From positions 992,001-1,056,000 of the forward strand of contig CAWGVS010000005.1 of assembly GCA_963826115.1 (NCBI GenBank): a DNA stretch of 64,000 bases. Direction: 5' to 3'. This document shows, one piece after another, positions 8,337 through 19,397 of the stretch. A program made the position numbers and the translations under genes. The stretch is from an uncultured Candidatus Rokubacteria bacterium. Its GTDB lineage: Bacteria; Methylomirabilota; Methylomirabilia; Rokubacteriales; DASRDR01. The notes under the pieces were generated by a model that was given only the letters and a program-made list of their open reading frames with translations, had not been told where the DNA came from and did no database searches. Position 1 is the stretch's first letter. Every line of letters starts with the position of its first letter.

Positions 8337-10190
8337 GTGCCAGGCGTCACCGTCACCATCCAACCCGATCGCCGCACGGTCACCGTCGAACCCGGCAACG
8401 TCCTTCTCCGCGCGGCTCACGCCGAGGGGGTCGACGTCACCGCCACTTGCGGCGGGCGCGGCCGCTGCACGTCGTGTCGCGTGAAGGTGCTGGAGGGCGT
8501 GGCCCCGCCGGGGACGATCAACGACCAGCTCCAGCTCGGCGACGACCTCGTGCGCGAGGGATACCGGCTGGCGTGCCAGCTCGCGCCGACGGAGCCGCTC
8601 GTCGTCCAGATCGCGCCGCCCCTCGACGAGCGGGCGTTCCAGATCCTCGGTGTCGACCGAGGCGCGGTGGCCCGGGCGCGCGTCGAGATGGACGCCGGGG
8701 TCCGGAAGACGGCGGTCCGCGTGGAGCTCCCGCAGGAGGAGCACCACCAGACCTCGGATCTCGAGCAGCTCGCCGTGGCGGCGGGCATCGCGCCGGAGGA
8801 CGTGCCGCTCGACGTGGTCCGCGTGCTCCCCGAGACCCTCCGCGAGGCGAAGAGCGAGGTCACCGTCGTCACGTTCCTCGGCCGGCCACTCGGCGTCGAG
8901 CGCGGCGACACGACCTCGATGGCCTTCGGCCTCGCGATCGACGTCGGCACGACGAGCGTGGTCACCACGCTGCTCGAGCTCGCCTCGGGCGAGGTCATGG
9001 CTTCGGTGTCGAGCCTCAACACCCAGGCGACGTTCGGCGGCGACCTCATGTCCCGGATCGCCTTCGCCCAGTGGAATCCCGCCAACCTGCGGAAGCTCCA
9101 GAGCCGGATCATCGGCCTTCTGAACGAGCAGATCGACGACCTCCTCGCGCGCACCGGCGTCCTGGCCCAGTGGATCTACAAGGTGACCGTCGTCGGCAAC
9201 ACGTGCATGCACCACATCCTGCTCGGCGTCGACCCGACCTACGTGGGCCTCTCCCCGTACTCCGCCGTGCTCCGGCATCCGATCGTCGTGCCGGCGCGGA
9301 GCCTTCGCCTCAAGGTCAACGCCGAGGCCCGGGTGTGCTTCCTGCCGATCGTCGCGGGGTTCGTCGGCGCGGACGCGGTCGGCGCCGCGCTCGCCACGCG
9401 CCTCGACGAGAGCGTCCAGGTCCGCGCCGTCGTTGACATCGGGACCAACGGCGAGGTGGTCATGGGGACGCGGGAGCGCCTCATGGCGTGCTCCGCGCCC
9501 GCCGGGCCCGCGCTCGAGGGCGCCCAGATCCGCCACGGCATGCGCGGCGCCGCGGGCGCGATCGATCGCGTGTGGGTCGGGGACGGGGACCTCCGCTTCC
9601 ACGTGCTCGGCGACGGCCCGCCGCAGGGCATCTGTGGCTCCGGGCTGATCGACGCCGTCGCGGCGGCTCTCGATCTTGGGCTGATCGACTGGACGGGGCT
9701 CATCCAGATCGAGCGGCGCGACCGCTTCGCGCCGGCTCTGGCCGCGCGACTGGCCGAGCGGGGCGAGGAGCGCCTCCTGATCCTGGCCCCCCGCGGCGAC
9801 GCGGCGAGTGGCGGCGAGATCGTCCTCACCCAGGACGACGTCCGCCAGGTGCAGCTCGCCAAGGGAGCGATCGGCGGCGGCATCCGGATGCTCCAGCACG
9901 TGCTGGGGGTTCCGGACGAGGCGCTCACCGACCTGATGCTCGCGGGCGGCTTCGGGAACTACCTGTCGATCCGCAGCGCAGTGCGGATCGGGCTCATTCC
10001 CCCCCTGCCGGCCGAGCGGATCCGCTACGTCGGCAATGCGGCCGCGCTGGGCGCACAGCTCGCGCTGGTGTCCGAGACGGAGCGGACGCGGGCGAATCGG
10101 CTCGCGCGGTCCATCGAGCACCTGTCGCTCGCGACGCACCCGGACTTCCAGGACCTGTTCGTGGAGGCGATGAACTTCCCGAAGGCCTGA
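8337..10190 (+). CDS. ASKHA/DUF4445 [2Fe-2S] reductive activator of corrinoid proteins (RACo/RamA-like)
   Basis: CGGRGRCTSC...RLAC ferredoxin; DVGTT, DIGTNGE, AGPALEG, GICGSG, LAGGFG and GNAA motifs. Confidence 0.9.
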   Translation: MPGVTVTIQPDRRTVTVEPGNVLLRAAHAEGVDVTATCGGRGRCTSCRVKVLEGVAPPGTINDQLQLGDDLVREGYRLACQLAPTEPLVVQIAPPLDERAFQILGVDRGAVARARVEMDAGVRKTAVRVELPQEEHHQTSDLEQLAVAAGIAPEDVPLDVVRVLPETLREAKSEVTVVTFLGRPLGVERGDTTSMAFGLAIDVGTTSVVTTLLELASGEVMASVSSLNTQATFGGDLMSRIAFAQWNPANLRKLQSRIIGLLNEQIDDLLARTGVLAQWIYKVTVVGNTCMHHILLGVDPTYVGLSPYSAVLRHPIVVPARSLRLKVNAEARVCFLPIVAGFVGADAVGAALATRLDESVQVRAVVDIGTNGEVVMGTRERLMACSAPAGPALEGAQIRHGMRGAAGAIDRVWVGDGDLRFHVLGDGPPQGICGSGLIDAVAAALDLGLIDWTGLIQIERRDRFAPALAARLAERGEERLLILAPRGDAASGGEIVLTQDDVRQVQLAKGAIGGGIRMLQHVLGVPDEALTDLMLAGGFGNYLSIRSAVRIGLIPPLPAERIRYVGNAAALGAQLALVSETERTRANRLARSIEHLSLATHPDFQDLFVEAMNFPKA

Positions 10191-10211
10191 GGTCGCCGCC
10201 CCGGCGGGGCG

Positions 10212-11279
10212 TCAGCGACCGACGTTGAAGCGGAAGTGGCAGACCTCGCCGTCCTGGACGGGATACTCCTTGCCCTCGAGCCGGAGGAGGGCGCGCTTTC
10301 GCGCCTCGGCCAGCGACCCCGCCTCGAGGAGCTCTGCCCACCCTACGACCTCGGCCCGGATGAATCCGCGCGCGATGTCGGAGTGGATGGCGCTCGCGGC
10401 GTCGACGGCGGGCGCGCCGGCGGTGATCGTCCACGCCCGGACCTCGTCTTCGCCCACCGTGAAAAAGCTCGCCAGGCCGAGCAGCGCGTAGGCGTCGCGG
10501 ATCACGCGGTGAAGCGCCGGCTCGGGCAGGCCGAGGGCGTCGAGGAAGCTCCGCTGTTCCTCCGGCGGAAGGGCCGCGACCTCGCCCTCCACGGCCGCCG
10601 AGACCCAGCCGACGAGCGTCTTGGCGCGCTTGGCGGCGTCATCGAGCTCGGCCAGCGCCGCGTCGCGGGAGGACACGGCGTCCTCGGCGAGGTTCAGGCA
10701 GTGGAGGATCGGCTTCAGGGAGAGGAACTGGAATCCCCGCAGGAGGCGATCCTCGTCGCCGCTGAGCGCCTGGGCGCGCAGGGCCACGCCCTCCCCGAGC
10801 GGTCCCTGCACCCGGTCGAGGAGCGCCTGCTCGCGCTGCTCCGCGTCCGTCGGCTTCCGCTTGAGCCCGGGTCCCAGCTTCTGGAGCCGCCGCTCCACGA
10901 CCTCGAGGTCGGCCAGGACCAGCTCCTCCTCGAGCGACTGGACGTCGCGCGCGGGCTGGGCAGCCCCGAGCGCCGGCGACGGGAACGCGCGAACGACGTG
11001 GAGGAGCGCGTCCGCCTGGCGCAGCTCGCCCACGTCGAGCGTCGCCCGCTCGCCGCGATCGAACCCCGCGAGGTCCACGACCTCGACGCTCGCGTAGACG
11101 GTCTTCTTGGGCTGGAACAGCGCGGAGAGCTTGGTCACCCGATCGTCGGGCACGCGCGCGACGCCCACGTTCAGGCGCCCGCGGCCCGGCGGCTGCGCGA
11201 CACTCGCGTCCGCGCCGGTGAGGAGATTGAAGAGCGTGGTCTTTCCGCTGCCCGGGAAGCCGATGATGCCGAGTCTCAC
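10212..11279 (-). CDS. ychF: YchF/Obg-family ribosome-binding ATPase (divergent)
   Basis: GFPGSGKTT, DLAG, FFTVGEDEVRAWTI, IHSDIARGFIRAEV and RLEGKEYPVQDGE motifs. Confidence 0.88.
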   Translation of the reverse strand: MRLGIIGFPGSGKTTLFNLLTGADASVAQPPGRGRLNVGVARVPDDRVTKLSALFQPKKTVYASVEVVDLAGFDRGERATLDVGELRQADALLHVVRAFPSPALGAAQPARDVQSLEEELVLADLEVVERRLQKLGPGLKRKPTDAEQREQALLDRVQGPLGEGVALRAQALSGDEDRLLRGFQFLSLKPILHCLNLAEDAVSSRDAALAELDDAAKRAKTLVGWVSAAVEGEVAALPPEEQRSFLDALGLPEPALHRVIRDAYALLGLASFFTVGEDEVRAWTITAGAPAVDAASAIHSDIARGFIRAEVVGWAELLEAGSLAEARKRALLRLEGKEYPVQDGEVCHFRFNVGR

Positions 11280-11308
11280 GTCGAACGAGTGTACACTGCT
11301 TCGGGTCC

Positions 11309-12265
11309 ATGGCGCCGTCGACCCACGCTCCCCGCGATCTCGATGCCGGCGCCATCGCACTGGTGGTCCTGCTCTCCGCGCTCTGGGGCGGGAACACCGT
11401 GGCCGTCAAGGTTGGCGTGGCCGATTGCCCGCCGCTCATGCTGGCGGCGCTCCGGTTCGCGATTGGCGGCGTGTGCGTCGTCGCGTGGGGACTCTGGACC
11501 GCCGCGCCGTTCCGGCTGCAGCGCGGCGAAGCCGTGCCGCTCGTCGGCCTCGGGCTCCTCTTCGCGACCCAGCTCGGGCTCCTGAACGTCGGGGTATGGC
11601 TGTCCACGGCCGGGCACGCGTCCGTCCTCCTGAACGCGTATCCCGTCTACATCGTCCTCCTCGCGCACTTCCTGGTGCCCGGCGATCGGCTCACGCTGGG
11701 GACCATGGGCGGCGTGGTCCTCGGATTCGGCGGCATTCTGGTGCTCTTCGCGAGCCAGCTCCGGGCGCCTCAGGAGGCGGGCTCGACCATCCTCGCCGGC
11801 GACGTGGTCCTGTCGGTGAGCGCGGTTCTCCTCGCTCTCCGCCAGGTGGTTCTCAACCGCCAGCTCCAGCGCATCCACCCCGTGAAGCCGCTGCTGGCCC
11901 AGGTCGTCATCGGGACGCCCCTGTTCCTCCTGCTCTCCTGGGTCCTGGAGCCGACGCCCACGGTTCTGACGTGGCGGCTCGGCGCCTCGCTCTTCTACCA
12001 GGGCGTCGTGATCGCGGGGTTCAACTTCATCGCGAACATGTCCCTCCTGAAGACGTACCGCCCGAGCGCGCTGGCCGCGTTCACCCTGACCACGCCGCTC
12101 TTCGGTGTCATCGCCACGGCCCTGGTGATCGGCGAGCCGATCGGCTGGCGGCTCGCCGTGTCGGCGCTCCTGGTGGCCGGCGGAATCGCCGCGGCCACCC
12201 TGCTGCGCGACCGCGGGCTCCGAGTGCGAGGCCGCGCCGCCAGCGCCGCGCCCGGCAGACCGTGA
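11309..12265 (+). CDS. EamA/DMT family transporter
   Basis: About 10 hydrophobic segments; LWGGN, ALRF, PLFGV...LVIGE motifs. Confidence 0.9.
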   Translation: MAPSTHAPRDLDAGAIALVVLLSALWGGNTVAVKVGVADCPPLMLAALRFAIGGVCVVAWGLWTAAPFRLQRGEAVPLVGLGLLFATQLGLLNVGVWLSTAGHASVLLNAYPVYIVLLAHFLVPGDRLTLGTMGGVVLGFGGILVLFASQLRAPQEAGSTILAGDVVLSVSAVLLALRQVVLNRQLQRIHPVKPLLAQVVIGTPLFLLLSWVLEPTPTVLTWRLGASLFYQGVVIAGFNFIANMSLLKTYRPSALAAFTLTTPLFGVIATALVIGEPIGWRLAVSALLVAGGIAAATLLRDRGLRVRGRAASAAPGRP

Positions 12266-13566
12266 GGCGCGCGGACCGCGCTCCCGTTCCGAGCGGCTCT
12301 CGGCGCCGCCGGGGTCGCTGGACCTGCCTGGCCGTCCTCGCGCTCGGCACCGTCGCCTCCGCCCAGGCCTTCGTCGCGCCGGAGCTCCGAGCCGAGGCCG
12401 GCCGCCTCCTGGTCGAGCTCGCAAGTCTCCGGGGTCTTCCGCCGCCCGGCCCCGCACCTCGGCTCGTCATCCAGAGTCTGGAGGAGCGGCGCCGGTTCGT
12501 GGTCGCCGAGCTCTCGAGGAAGTACTCCGCCGCCCGTCTGGAGGCCGAGAGGCGCGCCCTCATCGCATGGGGTCTCGCTCCGGCGGACTTCGATCTGGCG
12601 AACTTCTACGCCGACCTGCTCGCGGAGCAGGCCGCGGCGTACTACGACCCGTCGGCGAAACGGATGGTCCTCGCCAACTGGCTCACGCCGGAGCTCCGTC
12701 GCGACGCGGTGACCCACGAGCTGGTGCACGCGCTCCAGGACCGGCTGGTCGACCTCGAGCGGTTCCTCGGCGGCGCGCCCGGCCGCAGTGACGAGGGTCT
12801 CGCCCGCCAGGCCCTGGTCGAGGGCGAGGCCGTCGCGCTATCGCACGACCTCGCTCTTCGCCGAGAGGGTCGCGACTTCGCGACGCTCCCCGACGTCGCC
12901 GACCTCCAGCGCGCCATCCGCACGTCGGCTACTGGGCCGGTCCTGGCGCGGGCGCCCGCCTACGTCCGGAGCATGCTCACGTTCCCGTACGCCGCCGGGC
13001 TCGGCTTCGTCCACGCGTTCCGCCAGCGACACGCATGGGCCGAGCTGTCGCCGCTCTACCGGGACCCGCCGCGCTCCTCGTCGCAGATCCTTCACCCCGA
13101 GCGCTATTTCGACCGCCGACTCGATCCCGTGCCCATCCCCATGGCCGAGCTCGGCGCGTTCTTGCCGAGCGGGTCCACCTTGCTGCTCGAGGACGAGCTC
13201 GGCGAGGTGGGTTTCGCGGAGGTCCTGCGGCAGGTCCCGGGCGGGCAGGCCGATGCCGCCGGCTGGCGCGGTGACCGCTACGTCCTGTGGAATGTTCCGT
13301 CGAGCGGCGCGCTCCTGGTCGCGGTCACCGTGTGGGACACGGAAGAGCTCGCGATCGAGTTCGCGGGGGCCTACGCGCGCGCGCTGGTCGCGAAGCGGGC
13401 GCTCCCCCCTTCGCCGCCCACCGGCGCCGTCGTCGCGTGGACCGTCGGGGCCGTCGGATTCGCGATCGAGCGCCGCACCCGGACGGTGCTGCTGATCGAG
13501 GGCGCGCCGGTGGCCGCGATCGACGCCGTCCGCGCGGCGGTGTGGGCGAAGCCGGTGCTATACTGA
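12262..13566 (+). CDS. Secreted putative gluzincin-type metallopeptidase
   Basis: Signal-like hydrophobic stretch; AYYDP, HELVHALQD (HEXXH), downstream LVEGEA, FPY...G, PPxSSxQILHP and GWRGDRY. Confidence 0.7.
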   Translation: MRRADRAPVPSGSRRRRGRWTCLAVLALGTVASAQAFVAPELRAEAGRLLVELASLRGLPPPGPAPRLVIQSLEERRRFVVAELSRKYSAARLEAERRALIAWGLAPADFDLANFYADLLAEQAAAYYDPSAKRMVLANWLTPELRRDAVTHELVHALQDRLVDLERFLGGAPGRSDEGLARQALVEGEAVALSHDLALRREGRDFATLPDVADLQRAIRTSATGPVLARAPAYVRSMLTFPYAAGLGFVHAFRQRHAWAELSPLYRDPPRSSSQILHPERYFDRRLDPVPIPMAELGAFLPSGSTLLLEDELGEVGFAEVLRQVPGGQADAAGWRGDRYVLWNVPSSGALLVAVTVWDTEELAIEFAGAYARALVAKRALPPSPPTGAVVAWTVGAVGFAIERRTRTVLLIEGAPVAAIDAVRAAVWAKPVLY

Positions 13567-13577
13567 GCGCCGCTGCG

Positions 13578-14015
13578 ATGCCGAGCGCCCCATCGAAGGA
13601 CCTCCGGCGGGTTCCCAACGCCCACGCCGACCGGGACTACGAGGTCGACCACGTCGTCCCGGAGTTCACGTGCGTGTGCCCGATGACGGGGCAGCCGGAC
13701 TTCGCCACGATCCGGATCCGGTATGTTCCCGACCGCTGGCTGGTCGAGCTGAAGTCGCTGAAGCTCTACATGTGGGCCTACCGGAACGAGGGCGCCTTCC
13801 ACGAGGACGTCACGAACCGGATCCTGTCCGACCTGGTGCGCACGCTGGCGCCCCGTCGGATGGAGGTCGTCGGCGACTGGAACGTGCGGGGGGGCATCAA
13901 GACGGTCGTGACCGTGCGCTACGAGCGCCCGGCCTCCGGCCGCGACGCGGGAGTCCGCGCTGGGGCGAGCGCGCGGGCCCACCGCGCTGCCCGGTCCTCC
14001 TCGCGTCGGTCCTGA
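13578..14015 (+). CDS. queF: NADPH-dependent 7-cyano-7-deazaguanine reductase (preQ1 synthase, type I)
   Basis: PEFTCVCPMTGQPDFA, ELKSLKLY, FHE and RGGI motifs. Confidence 0.95.
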   Translation: MPSAPSKDLRRVPNAHADRDYEVDHVVPEFTCVCPMTGQPDFATIRIRYVPDRWLVELKSLKLYMWAYRNEGAFHEDVTNRILSDLVRTLAPRRMEVVGDWNVRGGIKTVVTVRYERPASGRDAGVRAGASARAHRAARSSSRRS

Positions 14016-14037
14016 CCGCCGGCCCGTCGGCCGGCGC

Positions 14038-14379
14038 CTACGCCTCGGCGACGCTCACCCGCAGGCCGATCTCCGCCAGGACGCGACCGACCCGCTCGCA
14101 CTCCGTCCGGGCGCCGACGCGCACGACCGCCTTCCCGTCGTTGTGGACGCGGTCGGCGATGGCCATGCCCTCGTCGTGGGAGCACGAGATCGCCTTCATC
14201 AGCTGGCGGGCCACCTGCTCGAACGTGTGGCAGTCGCAGTTCCAGAGGATCGTGATCCACGGCGGCTCGACAGCCGTCTCGCTCTCCACCTCCTGCTCGA
14301 CGGTGGGTCGGCTCTCCGGGATCGCCGCCAGCCGGACGGCCGGCCGCGCGCCCCGCCGCGAGCGGCGCGCGAAGGTCAT
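14038..14379 (-). CDS. clpS: ATP-dependent Clp protease adaptor ClpS (Cys-containing variant)
   Basis: PPWITILWNCDCHTFEQV...ADRVHNDGKAVV; ATG overlaps the upstream stop. Confidence 0.8.
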   Translation of the reverse strand: MTFARRSRRGARPAVRLAAIPESRPTVEQEVESETAVEPPWITILWNCDCHTFEQVARQLMKAISCSHDEGMAIADRVHNDGKAVVRVGARTECERVGRVLAEIGLRVSVAEA

Positions 14380-15404
14380 CCCGCCGAGCCGTCGGGGAAG
14401 ACGGCCACCTTGATCGAGGCCGGGTCCCGGTGCGCCGTCAGCGCCGCGTCGATCGCGGCCAGGGGGAAGCGATGCGTGAGGAGCGGCTCCACGCGGATCC
14501 GCCCCTCCGCCAGGAGCGCCACCGCTTCCTTGAACTCGGTCCGGTAGATCATCGAGCCCCGGATGTCGATCTCGCGACGGACGACCCAGAAGAACTCGAC
14601 GCGCGCGGGCTCGTGCGGGAGGCCGGTCAGCACCACGCGGCCTCCCGGCCGGACGAAGCCCACCTGACCGACGGCGAGCTCCACCGCCTCGGCGGTGCCG
14701 GCCGTCTCGATCACGAGATCCACCCCGTCGCGGCCGCTCAGACGGCGGGCCGCGTCGGCGACCCCCTGGCCCCCGCCGACGACGGTCTCGGAGGCGCCGA
14801 GCTCGCGCGCCAGGCCGAGCCGACGGTCGGTGCGCCCGACGGCGAGGACGCGACAGCCCCGCGCGCGCAGCAGCTGGACGGCCAAGAGGCCGAGCGTGCC
14901 GGCGCCCACCACGGCGGCCGACTCGCCGGGTCGCGGCGCGGCGCGCCCGACGGCGCGCGCCACCACCGCCAGCGGCTCGGCGAATAGGAGGACGTCGGAC
15001 GAAAGCGACGGAGGCGCGGGCCAGCATGCCCGCTCCGGCAGGATCGCGAGCTCCGCGAGTCCGCCGTCCCGGTCGATGCCCACCGCGGTCCGGGCGAGGC
15101 AGATGTTGCCGCTCCCCTCGCGGCAGAGGTCGCAGACCCCGCAGCCCCAGTTGGGCTCGATCGCCACCCGGTCCCCGGCCTTCACCCGGGTGACGCCCGG
15201 GCCGATCGCCGCGACGGTGCCGATGAACTCGTGCCCCAGGATCAGCGGGTAGCGCACCGGCCGCTCGCCGGACCAGATCCGGTAGTCCGTCCCGCAGATC
15301 CCGGTCGCCCCGACCCGGACCAGCACCTCGCCGGCGCCGGCGCTCGGGTCCGGCACTCGCTCCACCCGGAACGTGCGAGGGGCCGTCAGGACCGCCGCTC
15401 TCAT
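14376..15404 (-). CDS. Zn-dependent alcohol dehydrogenase (threonine/sorbitol dehydrogenase-like)
   Basis: GICGTD, LGHE, CGVCDLC...C and VGAGTLG motifs. Confidence 0.92.
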   Translation of the reverse strand: MRAAVLTAPRTFRVERVPDPSAGAGEVLVRVGATGICGTDYRIWSGERPVRYPLILGHEFIGTVAAIGPGVTRVKAGDRVAIEPNWGCGVCDLCREGSGNICLARTAVGIDRDGGLAELAILPERACWPAPPSLSSDVLLFAEPLAVVARAVGRAAPRPGESAAVVGAGTLGLLAVQLLRARGCRVLAVGRTDRRLGLARELGASETVVGGGQGVADAARRLSGRDGVDLVIETAGTAEAVELAVGQVGFVRPGGRVVLTGLPHEPARVEFFWVVRREIDIRGSMIYRTEFKEAVALLAEGRIRVEPLLTHRFPLAAIDAALTAHRDPASIKVAVFPDGSAG

Positions 15405-15411
15405 CGCGTCC

Positions 15412-16179
15412 TCACGCCGCGTTGAAGCCGCCGTCGATGAAGACGACCTCGCCGGTCACGTAGTCGGCGGCCGCCGACGCGAGGTAGACGACGAGCGCGC
15501 CCAGTTCCTCGGGCCGCCCGGTGCGCCGGGCCGGGACGTCCCGCAGGAGGCGCTCGCGGACCCGGTCGTCCGCGAACGCGCGCTCGTTCATCGACGTGAC
15601 GAACCAGCCGGGCGCGATGGCGTTCACCTGCACGTTGTGGCGCGCCCACTCGACCGCCAGCCCTCGCGTCAAGGCGAGGAGCCCGCCCTTGGACGCGCTG
15701 TACGCCGCGTACCCCGGCAGCCCGTGCGCGCCCAGGACCGAGGCCACGTTGACGACCTTGCCGCGACGCCGGGCGATCATGCCCGGGCCGGCCGCGCGGC
15801 AGCAGTTGTACGCCCCGGTGAGGTTCGTCTCGAGGATCCGGCTCCACTCGGCCGGCGTCGTCTCCACCAGCGGCTTCACCACGGCCACCCCGGAGTTGTT
15901 GACCAGGATGTCGACCGCGCCGAGCGTCTCGGCGGCGCGCCCGACTGCCGCCTGCACCTCCGCCTCGCGGGCCACGTCCGCCGGAAGGGCCAGAGCCCGC
16001 CGGCCGAGCGCCGTGACCGCGGCCGCCGTCTCCGCGAGTCCATCCGGGGAGCGCGCGACGAGGGCGACATCGGCGCCCGCCTCGGCGAGGGCCACCGCCA
16101 TGGCCCGCCCCAACCCGCGGCTCGCGCCCGTCACGAGCGCGACGCGCCCGTCCAAGCGCAGCTGATCGAGGACCGTCAC
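15412..16179 (-). CDS. Short-chain dehydrogenase/reductase (KduD/gluconate 5-dehydrogenase-like)
   Basis: TGASRGLG, NNSG, YSASK and NAIAPGWF motifs. Confidence 0.92.
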   Translation of the reverse strand: MTVLDQLRLDGRVALVTGASRGLGRAMAVALAEAGADVALVARSPDGLAETAAAVTALGRRALALPADVAREAEVQAAVGRAAETLGAVDILVNNSGVAVVKPLVETTPAEWSRILETNLTGAYNCCRAAGPGMIARRRGKVVNVASVLGAHGLPGYAAYSASKGGLLALTRGLAVEWARHNVQVNAIAPGWFVTSMNERAFADDRVRERLLRDVPARRTGRPEELGALVVYLASAAADYVTGEVVFIDGGFNAA

Positions 16180-16183
16180 GCGC

Positions 16184-17986
<1,803 letters not shown>

Positions 17987-18117
17987 GACCTTCCCCCTTG
18001 AGGCGCCGCGGATGACTCAGACGAATAAAGTACTGACTTCACAGGCAGATTCAATCGATCATTGGCCGGCTCGCGACGGTGGCCGTTCCACGCCGCATGA
18101 CACGTCGCACTATCAAC

Positions 18118-18165
18118 TTGACGCACTGCATTAGTTACTGCTATAAGCCTGTCACGATGCGTCAT
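18118..18165 (+). promoter_or_regulatory. Sigma70-type promoter of the phasin gene with adjacent candidate PhaR operator
   Basis: TTGACG (18118-23), extended -10 TGcTATAAG (18139-47), then CACGATGCGTCAT (18153-65), a motif repeated upstream of phaE. Confidence 0.6.
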
Positions 18166-18219
18166 CACCCGGAACCGTCGGGCAAGGCCCCGCGCCGGGC
18201 CACAAGGAGACGAGAAGCC

Positions 18220-18666
18220 ATGAACGTTCCCCAGTCGCAGCTGTCCCCCGAGTTCTTCGCCGAGATGCAGGGCAAGGCCCTCGAGGCCTTCTCCGTCCTC
18301 GCCGACATGAACCACCGGGTCCTCCAGGGCTTCGTGGGCCTTTCGGCGTCGACCGCGAAGGAGGGGCTCCGCACCTACGCCGAGCTGCAGACGGCGACGG
18401 TCGAGGCCGCCCGCGCGTCCCAGGCCCCGGTCGGTCCCGACACCGTCGACGCGCTCCGCCAGAACCCCTTCGCGTGGTACCAGAAGAGCCTGCTCGCGCT
18501 GGTCGAGGGCACCCAGAAGTCCTTCCGCGTCGTCGAGGCCAACGCTCAGGTGGTGACCCGGACGGCCGAGCGCGTCCAGGCGTCGGCCGAGCAGACGGGC
18601 CAGGAGATCCAGGAGACGCTGGCCACGTCCGTCAACCGGCTCAAGGAGATCTACGCCCGGGCCTGA
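18220..18666 (+). CDS. phaP: Phasin (PHA granule-associated protein)
   Basis: AAGGAGA RBS; Ala/Gln-rich amphipathic helical protein of phasin size, located next to phaR. Confidence 0.75.
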   Translation: MNVPQSQLSPEFFAEMQGKALEAFSVLADMNHRVLQGFVGLSASTAKEGLRTYAELQTATVEAARASQAPVGPDTVDALRQNPFAWYQKSLLALVEGTQKSFRVVEANAQVVTRTAERVQASAEQTGQEIQETLATSVNRLKEIYARA

Positions 18667-18711
18667 CCGGGCGAGTCGTTCCGCGTTCCGAGCCGCACAC
18701 GCACGCACAGG

Positions 18712-18737
18712 GCCGGGGGAGGGCCTCCTCCCCCGGC
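18712..18737. terminator. GC-rich hairpin between convergent phaP and phaR
   Basis: GCCGGGGGAGG-GCCT-CCTCCCCCGGC, perfect 11-bp stem; no U-tract. Confidence 0.5.
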
Positions 18738-19232
18738 TCAGCCGCCCAGGCGCGACTCGAGATCCTTCAGCTTCTGCTTCAGCGCCGCGACCTCCGCCTT
18801 GAGTCCCGCGGCGTCCGCCGGTTCCGCCTGAGAGGTCGGCCGCGCGCCCTCGTGGTCCGACGGCCACCAGCCGGCGCGCGCGCCCCAGTCTCGCAGGGCC
18901 CGCTCGGCCTCGCGCTGACTCGCCACGATTCCGGAAAGACCGGACTGCAGCGACTCCTCCACGAACGCCTGCCACGCCGTGCCGTGCTGGATCAACTGAT
19001 GGAGGAACGCGACCGGTAGCGTCGACCGGCGGCCCCGGGCGGTGTCGAGGATGATCTGGGCCAGGGTCTGGCTCGTCAGGTCCTCGCCGGAGACCGCGTC
19101 GACGACGCGGATCTCTCGCCCCTGCCGGATCAGCTCCTCCAGCTCCTCGAGCGTGACGTAGCGGCTCCGGCCCTGGTCGTAGAGCTTGCGGTTCGCGTAG
19201 CGCTTGATGAGGATGGGCTCGTCGCTTGGCAT
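18738..19232 (-). CDS. phaR: Polyhydroxyalkanoate synthesis repressor PhaR
   Basis: IKRYANRKLYD...YVTLEEL...GEDLT...LAQII signature. Confidence 0.93.
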   Translation of the reverse strand: MPSDEPILIKRYANRKLYDQGRSRYVTLEELEELIRQGREIRVVDAVSGEDLTSQTLAQIILDTARGRRSTLPVAFLHQLIQHGTAWQAFVEESLQSGLSGIVASQREAERALRDWGARAGWWPSDHEGARPTSQAEPADAAGLKAEVAALKQKLKDLESRLGG

Positions 19233-19397
19233 GCTCTGCCCTTTGGCGCACGCAGTTTAACACCCCGCGTCAACACAACAAGGCGGCCTGCCCGGCGGGC
19301 CGTCACGTGCCCCCGATTGATCGCCCGTAACCGCCGTGCTACCCCTGGAAGGGCGTCGGACCCCGGCGCCCCCCACGACCCGACGAGGAGGACCGCG

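Noticed and set aside
7638-13566. Apparent 833-aa Smr protein (7638-10139) and 819-aa peptidase (11107-13566)
   Set aside because: Over-extended ORFs; the real starts are near 8249 and 12262.
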